Assembly (NCBI GenBank): GCA_043809315.1
Contig: JAZDDX010000017.1
Location: 32,001-96,000 of the forward strand
DNA from: Pseudomonadota bacterium
GTDB taxonomy: Bacteria; Bdellovibrionota_G; JALEGL01; DATDPG01
Direction of reading: 5' to 3'
Length of the DNA stretch: 64,000 bases
The notes beneath the pieces are model-generated. The model searched no databases. It was not told the DNA's origin and saw only the letters and a list, made by a program, of their open reading frames with translations. Of the stretch, positions 1 through 9,649 are shown in pieces. A program made the position numbers and the translations under genes. Within the stretch, counting starts at the first letter, position 1. The number at the start of each line of letters is the position of its first letter.

Positions 1-837
1 ATGGAAACTTGAGGCGCCATCTCCGTCGTACAAGCCCCTTTGCCCGGAAAAAATCAGATCCGAGGTGCGTGGTACAACAAGGTATTGATCACCGGCAATC
101 TCGTTCAGAATGTTGGGTTCGTTGATGGGGTTCCAGTTACCCAAGAAGGCTGTTGGCGATTGATCGCCAACCATCAGACGGAAGGGCCCCGAAGGGACCG
201 GCTTGGAATCCAACTTAATGGATCGGAATTGGACGAGAAGGTGTTTACCATCTTCTGCTGTGATCTCGCTGCCCGTGGCTGGCGATGGGTACGCCGCCTT
301 GATCGAGTAGTTCAGGAAACCAATCGGAGACTGATTCAGTGCCAGCGTGATGGCCTGGTCGGTGGCGTCGTTACGAGGTTCGATATTGTGACAAGACACC
401 CCCAACAAAAGGTCATGACTGTCATGGAACTCGAAGCAAACATTGTATCTCCCGTTGATTGTCGACTTTGCGTCCAAGAATACCGGCGGACCGTTCAATG
501 AGTACTGCACATGCGGGGTTACTTCCTCTTGGATCATAATCAGCTGATGTGTTTGTCGGATCAGTTGAGCAGAAGTCTCCGAGAGATTGCTAGGCGCGAC
601 ATACAAGTTAAGATCAAAAGAGGAGGGCTTAACTTTACCGAACGTAAAGTAGTTCACCAACGAGGTGAAACCCGCGGAAGAGTACAAACTTTTGCTGAAA
701 CTGATGGTTCGGACGGTAAGCAGATGCCCGGCAGGATCCGCCCAAGCAACAGGAACAACAATGAAAGGCACCGAGAAGAACAGTAAGAAGACAATTCTTT
801 TAAGCCACGGACACGCCGGTCTTGAGATTGTTGTCAT
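1..837 (-). CDS. Secreted hypothetical protein, partial (runs off the left edge)
   Basis: Manual translation of the minus strand from ATG at 837 (upstream GAAAGGGAG RBS) is open to position 1: MTTISRPACPWLKRIVFLLFFSVPFIVVPVAWA-DPAG..., a signal-peptide-like N-terminus. Absent from the ORF track because it has no stop in the window. Confidence 0.75.
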   Translation of the reverse strand, partial: MTTISRPACPWLKRIVFLLFFSVPFIVVPVAWADPAGHLLTVRTISFSKSLYSSAGFTSLVNYFTFGKVKPSSFDLNLYVAPSNLSETSAQLIRQTHQLIMIQEEVTPHVQYSLNGPPVFLDAKSTINGRYNVCFEFHDSHDLLLGVSCHNIEPRNDATDQAITLALNQSPIGFLNYSIKAAYPSPATGSEITAEDGKHLLVQFRSIKLDSKPVPSGPFRLMVGDQSPTAFLGNWNPINEPNILNEIAGDQYLVVPRTSDLIFSGQRGLYDGDGASSFH

Positions 838-985
838 TGTCGAGTTCTCCCTTTCTTGGAAAATTACGGGACTGCGGTGCGGTATATCAAAGGTCGTGAC
901 GCGAAGCAATGCGGCACAATCTGTAACTAGAGCAGTGTCCCCGATGGATCCGACCGCTGTGAATTCAATGGGTTAGAAAGGGTCC

Positions 986-1002
986 TGGCGGAGAGGGGGG
1001 GA
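986..1002 (-). repeat. att core copy: 3' end of tRNA-Ser (left end of island C)
   Basis: TGGCGGAGAGGGGGGGA is identical to 34840-34856, the tRNA-Ser 3' end. Confidence 0.9.
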
Positions 1003-1152
1003 AGCTGCTCCGCCCCTCGTAACTACGCAAGAAAACAGAAAAAATCTATCACATCAACGGGCTAGCAATCCTTCAATATCATCCGAGTACATCCGTTTAC
1101 ACGCATTTACAGGGTCACCTGTTACCCAACTGTTACCCTAAAGGTGGCCTAA

Positions 1153-2271
1153 TCAGAGTTTGAGTTGCAGCTGGGCGCGGACCTGGTGGTCGAGTTCGTC
1201 CTTCCCCGCCGCTAGACCGTCCTTCACCGTCAGGGCGCTGTAATCGAGCTGCAACTTCAACTGGTGCCCGTTATAGAAGAAGTAGTTCACTCCGGCCGTG
1301 TACTCCCCGAGGTCCTTGGCCGATTCCGCGTAGATATGTGCGAGACGCAGGCCGAACTCCAGCTTCTCGGGAATCACGAAATAGCCGGCTTGCGCCAGAA
1401 ATCCCCTGTCATCCATCGCGGGGCCGGTTTGAGGGTTGACTTGCTGGGAGAGATAGGCGGCGTGAAATCCGAGACCGTGGTATTTCGCGCTGGCATCCGC
1501 CGTAAGAGAGGTGACTTTCTTGGTCGTGGTGGGAGTCGTCTTTCCTGCCGGGATGGTAGCCGGGTCGGGGGTGTCATTGTACATGCCCCCCACGGCCAAA
1601 GCGACCTGAGGTTTCTGACTGTTCTTCGTATCTGAGAACTCCATTCCGTGTTCGCCGGCGACGTTCCAGATGAATCGCCAGGCGTATCGGAGCGCTTTAT
1701 TCTGATTGAGCGTATTCAACCCTTCGCCATTGAATGCTCCCACGTTGTATTCGAATCGTCGGTTCAATAAGAGCCCATTGAACCCGGCTCCCGGCTCACG
1801 TTCGTCCGAGACTCCAAAGAACGGGAACACGATCGAACGATCCACGAACTGCAGTGTCGAGCTCGAAGCGGCCTGTTCGAGGGAGAAAGGAACGTGGTAC
1901 TGGCCGAAGCGGAACTTCAGCGCGTCCGACTGAACCAGCTGAACCGACGCCTCCATCAACTTGCTCACGGCCCAGTCGTATTCCACCTCGTATTGAACAT
2001 CCTTGCTGAAGAAATACCCGGACCAGATGAATCGTGCCCGTCGGATCCGGAACGTGCGCGTCTCCGCCCGGCTGTCCGGGAACTTGTTGTCGAAATACGG
2101 CTGCAGATAACCTCTCAGGACGAGCTTGAAGTTTTTGTCGGCCGTTTCGATGAAGAACCCTTTGTCGTACCCGACGCTGGGTAGCGCACTTGGGGCTGCC
2201 TCCTCGGAGCGGGCCGTTGGAGCCCATATCGCACATACCAAGAGCAGTCCCAGAAGCGTTCGTTTATTCAT
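1153..2271 (-). CDS. Phosphate-selective porin (OprO/OprP family)
   Basis: Signal peptide, FRIRRARF motif, GQYHVPFSLEQ..SS..LQFVDRS motif, beta-barrel-like C-terminus; lies downstream of the pst genes. Confidence 0.85.
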   Translation of the reverse strand: MNKRTLLGLLLVCAIWAPTARSEEAAPSALPSVGYDKGFFIETADKNFKLVLRGYLQPYFDNKFPDSRAETRTFRIRRARFIWSGYFFSKDVQYEVEYDWAVSKLMEASVQLVQSDALKFRFGQYHVPFSLEQAASSSTLQFVDRSIVFPFFGVSDEREPGAGFNGLLLNRRFEYNVGAFNGEGLNTLNQNKALRYAWRFIWNVAGEHGMEFSDTKNSQKPQVALAVGGMYNDTPDPATIPAGKTTPTTTKKVTSLTADASAKYHGLGFHAAYLSQQVNPQTGPAMDDRGFLAQAGYFVIPEKLEFGLRLAHIYAESAKDLGEYTAGVNYFFYNGHQLKLQLDYSALTVKDGLAAGKDELDHQVRAQLQLKL

Positions 2272-2307
2272 TCGTCTCCCTTCGCTCCGGGGAAATACCG
2301 GACGATG

Positions 2308-2323
2308 ATTAACGTTTGATAAA
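2308..2323 (-). promoter_or_regulatory. Putative Pho box upstream of the porin
   Basis: Minus strand TTTAT-N6-TTAAT, 11-bp period. Confidence 0.5.
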
Positions 2324-2331
2324 GAGCGGGC

Positions 2332-3078
2332 CTAACCGAACCGACCCGAGATGTAGTCCTCGGTTCGCTTGTCGGTCGGGGTGGTGAAGATCTTGGAAGT
2401 CGAACCGAACTCCACGAGCTCCCCTAGCAACATGAAACCGCTGTCCTCCGAGACCCGCGCCGCCTGCTGCATGTTGTGGGTCACGATCACGATCGTGTAG
2501 TCCTGTTTTAGCTCCCGCATCAGATCCTCGATCCTTCCAGTCGCGACCGGATCGAGCGCCGAACAGGGTTCATCCATCAGCAGGATGTCCGGCCCGACCG
2601 CGAGCAGCCTTGCGATACAGAGCCGCTGCTGCTGCTCGCCGCTCAACGTGAGCGCGTTCGCCCGGAGTCGGTCTTTGAGATCGTTCCAGAGACCTACCGC
2701 CGTGAGGGTCTTCTCGACCGCTTCATTGAGTTCCGACCGCTTCGGCTCGCCGTGAATCCGAAGGCCGTAGACGATGTTCTCGTAGATCGTGAGAGGGAAG
2801 GGGTTGGGGCGCTGGAAGACCATGCCTACCCGTTTCCGAAGCTTGTGGGTCTTCGAACCAAGCAGTGGTTCCCCGAAGATCCGGACATCCCCCGTGATCC
2901 GGACGCCGGCGATCAGGTCGTTCATCCGGTTGAAAACCCGAAGAAGCGTCGACTTCCCGCATCCGGACGGTCCGATCAGCGCCGTCACCCGCTTCGGTGC
3001 CACCGCTATGTCGATCCCCTTGAGCGCCTGAAAATCGCCGTAGAACAGATCCAACTTCTTGCAGGTGATCGCATCCAT
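2332..3078 (-). CDS. pstB: Phosphate ABC transporter ATP-binding protein (copy 1)
   Basis: GPSGCGKST Walker [17 protein letters not shown] Walker [12 protein letters not shown]-terminal YISGRFG; signature motif is LSGEQ. Confidence 0.95.
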   Translation of the reverse strand: MDAITCKKLDLFYGDFQALKGIDIAVAPKRVTALIGPSGCGKSTLLRVFNRMNDLIAGVRITGDVRIFGEPLLGSKTHKLRKRVGMVFQRPNPFPLTIYENIVYGLRIHGEPKRSELNEAVEKTLTAVGLWNDLKDRLRANALTLSGEQQQRLCIARLLAVGPDILLMDEPCSALDPVATGRIEDLMRELKQDYTIVIVTHNMQQAARVSEDSGFMLLGELVEFGSTSKIFTTPTDKRTEDYISGRFG

Positions 3079-3081
3079 CCG

Positions 3082-3840
3082 TTATCCGAACTTCCCGGTC
3101 AGGAACGCCTCCGTGCGGGGATCGGAAGCGCTCGTGAACATCTTTTCCGTCCGGTCCACCTCCACCAACTCCCCCATCAGGAGAAACGCGGTCCGGTCCC
3201 CCACCCGGGCCGCCTGCTTCGTGTTGTTCGTGACGAGAATCAATGTGTGCCGTGCTTTCAACTCCCGCATCGCGCTCTCCACCTGAGCGGTGGAGATCGG
3301 GTCGAGGCCGGAGCAGGGCTCGTCGAACATCACGACCTCCGGGCGAACGGCCAACGTCCGGGCGATGCAGAGCCGTTGCTGTTGCCCCCCGGAGAGGCGG
3401 AGCGCGGAACTCTCCAGGCGGTCTTTCACCTCTTCCCAGAGAAAAGCGTCGCGGAGCGATTTTTCGACGACGAGATCGGCATCTTCGCGGCTCAGTTTCT
3501 GTTTCATCTTCACGCCGAACAGGACGTTGTCGCGAATGCTCATCGGAAGGGGAATTGGGAGGGCGAAGACGAGCCCCACGCGCCGGCGCAGCTGCTGAAG
3601 ATCTCGGATCTCCGTTACGGAGTAACCGTCGAGGAGAACCTGTCCCTCAACCGAGACATCCGGACTCCGCTCGATCATCCGGTTGATCGCGAGGAGAAGC
3701 GTCGTTTTTCCCGAGTTGGCGGGGCCGATGATCGTGAAGATCTCGTTCGCCCGGATCTCCATCGAGACCCCTTTGAGGGCCTCCGTCTTTCCGTAGCGGA
3801 TGTTCAGATTCTCGAGGGCGATCTTGGCTTCAGACGGCAC
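3082..3840 (-). CDS. pstB: Phosphate ABC transporter ATP-binding protein (copy 2, degenerate motifs)
   Basis: GPANSGKTT, LSGGQQQR, MFDEP, VTNN, FLTGKFG. Confidence 0.9.
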   Translation of the reverse strand: MPSEAKIALENLNIRYGKTEALKGVSMEIRANEIFTIIGPANSGKTTLLLAINRMIERSPDVSVEGQVLLDGYSVTEIRDLQQLRRRVGLVFALPIPLPMSIRDNVLFGVKMKQKLSREDADLVVEKSLRDAFLWEEVKDRLESSALRLSGGQQQRLCIARTLAVRPEVVMFDEPCSGLDPISTAQVESAMRELKARHTLILVTNNTKQAARVGDRTAFLLMGELVEVDRTEKMFTSASDPRTEAFLTGKFG

Positions 3841-4675
3841 GGCGTCCCCGCATCAGACGGTGCATGAGCGAATAGGCGGTCACGTTGATCACGAGAATCG
3901 TCAAGATCAGGACGGCCGCCGTGGCGTACGCGTTCTCGTTGGAGACCCCCTCACGGGCCAGGATGTAGAAGTGGACCGCCATCGTACGGGCGGAATCGAA
4001 GAGGGACCCCGGCATCCGGATCGCGGAGCCGGCGGTGAAGATCACGACGGCGGTCTCCTCGATCGACCGGCCGATTCCTAAGATCACGCCGGTCAGGATT
4101 CCGGGAAGGGCGTACGGTATCACCGAGCGGGTCACCACCTGCCAGCGGGAGCCTCCGAGCGACGCCGCCACGTCCCGGTACGAGCGTGGAACCGCGCGCA
4201 ACGCCTCCTCCGAAGTCCGGATGACGGTGGGGAGGATCATTGCGGCGAGCGACAACCCGCCGGAGAGGATCGACCATCCGAACCCGAGCATGACGACGAA
4301 CAGGATGAAACCGAACAGACCGAAGATGATCGAGGGCACCCCGGCCAGGCAGTTGATTCCGAACCGGATCGCCTGTGTCGTCGGTCCCTCCGCCGTGTAC
4401 TCGGCCAGGTAGATCGAGCTCGCGATCCCGAGCGGAGCCGCGATCCCGACCGCCACGAGGACCATCATCAGCGTCCCGACGATCGCCGGGAGGATCCCCC
4501 CTTTCCTCCCCATGTCGAGAATCGGTTCGGTCAGGAAGGCCCAGCTTACATGTCGCAGACCGTTCACCAGGACGTACCCGATCACGAAAACGAGCGCCGC
4601 CACGGCGGTGACGCACGAAAGGAGCAGGAGCGTCTTGGCGATCTTCTGCGCTACGGGGGGGGAGACGAGGCGCAT
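3830..4675 (-). CDS. pstA: Phosphate ABC transporter permease PstA
   Basis: GGILPAIVGT, LAGVPSIIFGLFG, EEALRAVP motifs. Confidence 0.95.
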   Translation of the reverse strand: MRLVSPPVAQKIAKTLLLLSCVTAVAALVFVIGYVLVNGLRHVSWAFLTEPILDMGRKGGILPAIVGTLMMVLVAVGIAAPLGIASSIYLAEYTAEGPTTQAIRFGINCLAGVPSIIFGLFGFILFVVMLGFGWSILSGGLSLAAMILPTVIRTSEEALRAVPRSYRDVAASLGGSRWQVVTRSVIPYALPGILTGVILGIGRSIEETAVVIFTAGSAIRMPGSLFDSARTMAVHFYILAREGVSNENAYATAAVLILTILVINVTAYSLMHRLMRGRRAV

Positions 4676-4676
4676 C

Positions 4677-5513
4677 CTAGAATTTCCTTTTCGCCACCCG
4701 CAGAGCAGCGGCGTTCAAAATCATGATGAAGAAGAAGAGGACCACTCCGGTCGCGAAGAGCGCTTTCTGATGGTCCCCCATCGCGTACCCCATCTCGATC
4801 GCGATGTTGGCGGTGAGCGTCCGGACCGAGTCGAGCGGGGAGTTGGGGATCTGGATGGCGTTCCCGGAGATCATGATCACCGCCATCGTCTCCCCCACCG
4901 CGCGCCCCATTCCGAGAATCACGCCGGCCAGGATTCCGTTCCGCGCCGCGGGGAGAAGGACGCGCCAGGTCGTCTGCCAGTCGGTCGCCCCCAGCGCGAG
5001 GGACCCCTCCTTGTACGACTTAGGTACCGCCTGCAGGGCGTCGATCGAGATCCCGACGATCGTCGGAAGGATCATGACGGCCAGAACGAACGAGGCCGCC
5101 AGGATCGAAAGCCCCGGCCCGCCCAGTTGCGCGCGAATCAGCGGCGCGAGCCACATCACGCCGAGAAACCCGTAGACGACGGAGGGGATCCCGGCCAAAA
5201 GCTCGATCGCCGGTTTCAGGATCAGCGCCCAGCGGCGCGGGGCGAACTCGGCGATGTAGACGGCGCACGAAACTCCGAGAGGCACCCCGATGGCGAGCGA
5301 ACCGACGGTCACCCAGACCGACCCGACGATGAACGGGAGGATCCCGAACTCCCCCTCGAGCGGCGCCCAGTTCCGTCCCAGCAGAAAATGAAACAGGCCG
5401 CTCTGGGCCATGATCGGGACCCCCTCCTTGAAGATGAAGAGGGCGATCAGCGCGAGGATCGCGGTCGAGGAGCAGGCCGCGAGGAAGAGCAGCTTCGAGA
5501 TGAAACGATCCAT
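4677..5513 (-). CDS. pstC: Phosphate ABC transporter permease PstC
   Basis: ELLAGIPSVVYG, GMGRAVGETMAV, RTLTANIA motifs. Confidence 0.95.
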   Translation of the reverse strand: MDRFISKLLFLAACSSTAILALIALFIFKEGVPIMAQSGLFHFLLGRNWAPLEGEFGILPFIVGSVWVTVGSLAIGVPLGVSCAVYIAEFAPRRWALILKPAIELLAGIPSVVYGFLGVMWLAPLIRAQLGGPGLSILAASFVLAVMILPTIVGISIDALQAVPKSYKEGSLALGATDWQTTWRVLLPAARNGILAGVILGMGRAVGETMAVIMISGNAIQIPNSPLDSVRTLTANIAIEMGYAMGDHQKALFATGVVLFFFIMILNAAALRVAKRKF

Positions 5514-5520
5514 CCGGGGG

Positions 5521-6306
5521 TTACTTGGCGGCGATCAGCCCCTCCTTCTCGAGAAGCTTCTGCCCCTCCGCGGAGACGACGTAGTCGATGAACGCCTTGG
5601 CGACCCCCGTGGGGGCCCCTTTCGTGAGGAAAAAGACCGGGCGGGCCAGGGGATAGTTCCCTTTCTTGACGTTTTCGTTGGTCGGCGCAACGCCGTCGAA
5701 CGGGAGTCCTTTTACCTTCTCGTTCAAGAGACCGATCGAGAGATAGGAGACCGCCTGCGGATCGCTCGCCACCGCCTCGCGGATCGTGCCGTTGGAGTTC
5801 TGGTAGAGAGCGTTCGGGGCGAGCTTCTCCCCTTTGAGAACCAGCTTGTCGAACGAGCGGCGGGTGCCGCTCCCCTCCTCCCGCGAGATCACACGGACCG
5901 GGGCGTCGGCCCCTCCGAGCCCCTTCCAGTTGGAGATCTTCCCGGAAAAGAGATCCTTCGCCTGAACGGCCGTCAGCCCTTTGAGCGGATTGGCCGGGTG
6001 CACGACGATCGCGATCCCGTCCCTCGCCACGACGGTGGAGGTGAGCCCCTTCGCCTCCGGCGGAAGCACCAGGAGATCGGCCATCCCGATCTGCGCCGCC
6101 CCGGTGAGCGCCGACTGGACCCCCACCGCCGAGCCCCCCCCTTGGACGTCGATCTGCGCCTTCGGGTGCGCGGCGATGAAATGCTCCGCGAGTTTTTCTG
6201 CGAACGGTTGGAACGCGGTAGACCCCGCAAGTGTCACGGTTTCACGCGACGAACCCCAAGCCACGCTCAAAGCGCCGGCGACGATCAGCAACATGTATTT
6301 TTTCAT
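5521..6306 (-). CDS. pstS: Phosphate ABC transporter substrate-binding protein
   Basis: Signal peptide, GSTAFQP, QGGGS..G, REEGSGTR, YPLARP motifs. Confidence 0.93.
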   Translation of the reverse strand: MKKYMLLIVAGALSVAWGSSRETVTLAGSTAFQPFAEKLAEHFIAAHPKAQIDVQGGGSAVGVQSALTGAAQIGMADLLVLPPEAKGLTSTVVARDGIAIVVHPANPLKGLTAVQAKDLFSGKISNWKGLGGADAPVRVISREEGSGTRRSFDKLVLKGEKLAPNALYQNSNGTIREAVASDPQAVSYLSIGLLNEKVKGLPFDGVAPTNENVKKGNYPLARPVFFLTKGAPTGVAKAFIDYVVSAEGQKLLEKEGLIAAK

Positions 6307-6310
6307 TTTC

Positions 6311-7009
6311 CTATCTCCTTTCTTTGGTTTGATTCGATCCCGACTCCCCCACCCACCGGTGGCGGATGATCTTCCCCTCCACCATGTAGACCACGTCCTG
6401 GGCGATGTTGGTCGCCATGTCCGCGATCCGCTCCAACCTCCTGGCGGTCGTCAGGAGGTCGAGAAGCGCGTCGATCTGATCCGGGTGCTGGAAGATCCGA
6501 TCCCGGATCTCTTGAAAAACCTCCCGATGAATCCGATCGGCCTCCGAGTCGCTCGAACAGACCTTGCGGGCCAGGCCGCTGTCCCGTTTCACGAACGAAT
6601 CGAGGCTGTCGCGAAGCATCTGTCTTGCCACCCCGCCGAGGACCTTGAGATTCTTCGGAGTGGGGATCGAGAATTTCGCGAACTCCAGCGTGCGTTCCGC
6701 GATGCTGACGGCGTAGTCCCCGACCCGTTCCAGATCGTTGTTGATCCGGATCACCGCTGCGAGGAAGCGCAGATCCTGGGCGACCGGTTGGTGGAGAGCC
6801 AGGATCTTGAGACAGCTCTCCTCGATCTCGACCTCCAACTGGTCGATCTTTTCGTCCTCTTGGACGACTTTCTCCGCCAACTCGACACGGCGCTCGTCCA
6901 GGGCGACCATCGATTTCTCGATTGCCTCCTCGACCATTGCGCCGCAGGTCAGAACGTCCCGTTTCAAACGGTCCAGTTCCCGCTCCAGGTGGATCGACAT
7001 GGCCGACAC
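6311..7009 (-). CDS. phoU: Phosphate signalling protein PhoU (start may be ATG at 7000)
   Basis: LALHQPVAQDLR, DLERVGD, LERIADMATNIA repeats. Confidence 0.95.
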   Translation of the reverse strand: MSAMSIHLERELDRLKRDVLTCGAMVEEAIEKSMVALDERRVELAEKVVQEDEKIDQLEVEIEESCLKILALHQPVAQDLRFLAAVIRINNDLERVGDYAVSIAERTLEFAKFSIPTPKNLKVLGGVARQMLRDSLDSFVKRDSGLARKVCSSDSEADRIHREVFQEIRDRIFQHPDQIDALLDLLTTARRLERIADMATNIAQDVVYMVEGKIIRHRWVGESGSNQTKERR

Positions 7010-7136
7010 CCTAACGTGCCTTCATTAAGATTGAGTAAATGCCCCCAAAAACCGACGGGCCGTCTGTACAAGGCGGCCCGCTGGAGTCGTAAAAGGATCC
7101 TGTGTGATCTCTCACGCGGAATTCTTCATGGAAAAC

Positions 7137-7174
7137 GTAAAGACAGATTAAAGGGGGCGTTAATCTTCCGTTAA
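7137..7174 (-). promoter_or_regulatory. Four-unit Pho-box array upstream of phoU-pstSCAB
   Basis: Minus strand TTAAC/TTAAC/TTTAA/TTTAC at exact 11-bp period. Confidence 0.65.
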
Positions 7175-8943
7175 GAGAGCGGAAGCGAGACGGTGAACCG
7201 GCTCCCTCGGCCGACCTCGCTCGCCACCGCAATTGATCCGTTGAGCTGCGTTGCAAGGTGTTTCGCGATCGACAGGCCGAGTCCGGTACCGCCCGCCTCA
7301 ATCGAGCGCGCCTTGTCTACGCGGTAGAATCGTTCGAAGATCCTCTCCTGGTCCCCCTTGGGAATTCCGACTCCCGTATCTTCCACATCGATCGCCACTC
7401 CGCCATGGATCATGCGCAAGCGAACGACGACCTTTCCTCCCTTTGGTGTGTACTTGACCGCGTTGTCCAAGAGGTTGTCGAGAATCTCCCCCAGGGATGC
7501 CGGATCGGTCGTGAAGCGGACCTCTTCGGCCGGAATGTTCGCAGCGAGCGTCAACGATTTCTTTTCCGCGCCGGGCCGGAACCGCTCGACCGCATCTGCC
7601 ACCAACATTCTGCCATCGACCAAGCGAAGATCTGGCGTGCGGCGCCCCGATTCGATTCTCGAAAGCGCCAGAAGATCATCCGCGAGCGTCGCCAGCCGGT
7701 CAACGTTGGCCGAGAGCTGGTCGAGGAAAAGCCGGCGTGTGGCTTCATCCTCTACACCGACCTCCCGCAGAGTGTCCGCGTACCCCTTGATCACGGCGAG
7801 CGGGGTCTTGAGCTCGTGCGAGGCGTTGCCGACAAAGTCCTGCCGAGCTCGTTCCAGAAAACGGAGTTCCGTGACATCGTGAAACACGACGATCACCCCG
7901 GAACCGCCCAAAACCGCGCAGGTGCTGCCATGTGCTTGGATCGTTCGTTCGCCGTCTTTCCGGAACAGGCTGATCTCCCTCGACATCGGGGAACCGGTTT
8001 TCCGGACGTGGCCCACCATCTCGAGAACCGGTGAGATCCGGAGCAGCTCCTCGACCGCAACCCCTTGCTTTGGTGGATCTAACCAGTCGAGCAGGCGAGT
8101 CGCAGAGTCATTCCAGTAGAGAAGCCGGTTGTGCGCGTCCACCGTGATCATCCCACCATGGAGGGCGGAAAGTGCGAGATCGAGCTTCTCCGTCGCTTCC
8201 TCCGTCGACGCAGTTCTTCGCTCGAGCTCCGCCGCCATATCGTTGATGGCTGACGCGAGATCTCCGAAATCGTCCGGCGGTCGATTCCAGATTCGCGCCT
8301 TGAGATCGCCGCGGCGGATCGCCGACACGGTTTTCCCCATTTCAACCAGGGGATCCGCCACGCTGTCAGTCAGCCACGCGGACAGAAGCAATGCCAGGAT
8401 CAGGCTTGCGAAGAGACTCCAGAAGAGCGCTCGACGTGCCGGGGCGAGTCCTTTCGTAACCCGAGCCTTCGGAACCGCGACGCGAATTACCGCCTGTAGG
8501 GCCGCGTCCGTACGGATGGCCTGGGCGAAATAAAGCATGTTCATGTGCAACGTCGCACTGAATCGCTCGGCTGATCCCGTGCCGGAATCGATGGCCTCGC
8601 GGACCTCCGGGCGATTCAAATGGTTCTCCATCTTGTCGGGGAGTTCGCTGGAATCGGCCCGAACGGAACCATCCGGAGCGATGATGGTAATCCGGTAGGC
8701 GGATGCTTGACCGAACTCTGTGACCATCGATGCGAGTCGTTCCGGGTGCTCTTGGAATAGGCCGCTGCGAAACTCGGAAGTCAGGAGCGCCGATGCAGCC
8801 GAGAGATTTTGCCGGATATCGGCGATTACCCGCTCGCGATAGACATGTTCGAACCAGAGCCCGACCAACACGGCGACTGCAAACGACACACCAAGCACGC
8901 TTGTGAACAATCTCCGGGCAAGGCGGGAGGAGAACAGCTTCAT
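7171..8943 (-). CDS. phoR: Phosphate regulon sensor histidine kinase (HAMP-PAS-HisKA-HATPase)
   Basis: ENHLNRPEV periplasmic motif, ASHELKTPL H-box, NLLDNAVKY, FERFYRVDKARS, GGTGLGL. Confidence 0.92.
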   Translation of the reverse strand: MKLFSSRLARRLFTSVLGVSFAVAVLVGLWFEHVYRERVIADIRQNLSAASALLTSEFRSGLFQEHPERLASMVTEFGQASAYRITIIAPDGSVRADSSELPDKMENHLNRPEVREAIDSGTGSAERFSATLHMNMLYFAQAIRTDAALQAVIRVAVPKARVTKGLAPARRALFWSLFASLILALLLSAWLTDSVADPLVEMGKTVSAIRRGDLKARIWNRPPDDFGDLASAINDMAAELERRTASTEEATEKLDLALSALHGGMITVDAHNRLLYWNDSATRLLDWLDPPKQGVAVEELLRISPVLEMVGHVRKTGSPMSREISLFRKDGERTIQAHGSTCAVLGGSGVIVVFHDVTELRFLERARQDFVGNASHELKTPLAVIKGYADTLREVGVEDEATRRLFLDQLSANVDRLATLADDLLALSRIESGRRTPDLRLVDGRMLVADAVERFRPGAEKKSLTLAANIPAEEVRFTTDPASLGEILDNLLDNAVKYTPKGGKVVVRLRMIHGGVAIDVEDTGVGIPKGDQERIFERFYRVDKARSIEAGGTGLGLSIAKHLATQLNGSIAVASEVGRGSRFTVSLPLS

Positions 8944-9611
8944 TCGGCGAACCTGTATCCTACCCCTCGTACGGTCACGATCAGGTCTCCATACGATCCG
9001 AGCTTCTTCCGAAGCGAGGAGACGTGAACGTCGATGTTACGGTCGACGATCGAGACGTCCCCGCCGGTCATTTTTTCAATCAGCTGATCGCGTGTGAAGA
9101 CACGTCCCTGACGGGATGCCAACGCGCGGAGAAGTCGGAATTCGGCGCGGGTCAGCTGGAGTTCTTCGCCCTTCAGGTCCACACGGTGCCGGTCGGAATC
9201 GATTACGAGATCCCGGAAACGGATGACGTCGGTCTTGGCATCGCTTCGCCTCAAGACAGCCCGGACACGGGCCAGAAGTTCCTTGGGCTTGAACGGTTTC
9301 GTCACATAGTCGTCCGCGCCGAGTTCGAGCCCGCGTACGATGTCGACCTCCTCCCCTTTAGCGGTGAGCATCACCACCGGAAGAGAACGGGTTCCCACTT
9401 CACTCCGGAGCGTCTTGCAGACATCAAAGCCGCTCATTTTGGGGAGCATGAGGTCGAGAAGCAGAAGGTCCGGGCGTTCCGCCATGATCTTCTTGAGCCC
9501 CTCTTCGCCGTCCTTCGCCCACGAAACCTGAAATCCCTCCCTCTCCAGGTTGTAGCGGACGATCTCGACGATGTCGGGATGGTCCTCGACGATCAATACC
9601 CGCAACTGCAC
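8940..9611 (-). CDS. phoB: OmpR-family response regulator PhoB/PhoP
   Basis: REC domain (LLDLMLP, GADDYVTKPF) plus winged helix (RNIDVHVSSLRKKL..TVRGVGYRF); adjacent to phoR. Confidence 0.9.
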   Translation of the reverse strand: MQLRVLIVEDHPDIVEIVRYNLEREGFQVSWAKDGEEGLKKIMAERPDLLLLDLMLPKMSGFDVCKTLRSEVGTRSLPVVMLTAKGEEVDIVRGLELGADDYVTKPFKPKELLARVRAVLRRSDAKTDVIRFRDLVIDSDRHRVDLKGEELQLTRAEFRLLRALASRQGRVFTRDQLIEKMTGGDVSIVDRNIDVHVSSLRKKLGSYGDLIVTVRGVGYRFAE

Positions 9612-9617
9612 AGGCGC

Positions 9618-9649
9618 AGCCTATGGGAGAATTATAAATATTCCATAAA
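9618..9649 (-). promoter_or_regulatory. Putative autoregulated phoB promoter (Pho box + -10)
   Basis: Minus strand TTTAT-N6-TTTAT, then TAGGCT 6 nt before the GTG start. Confidence 0.5.

Noticed and set aside
40-976. Plus-strand ORFs 40-501, 511-786 and 665-976
   Set aside because: They overlap a longer minus-strand ORF (1-837) that has an RBS and signal peptide; treated as shadows.
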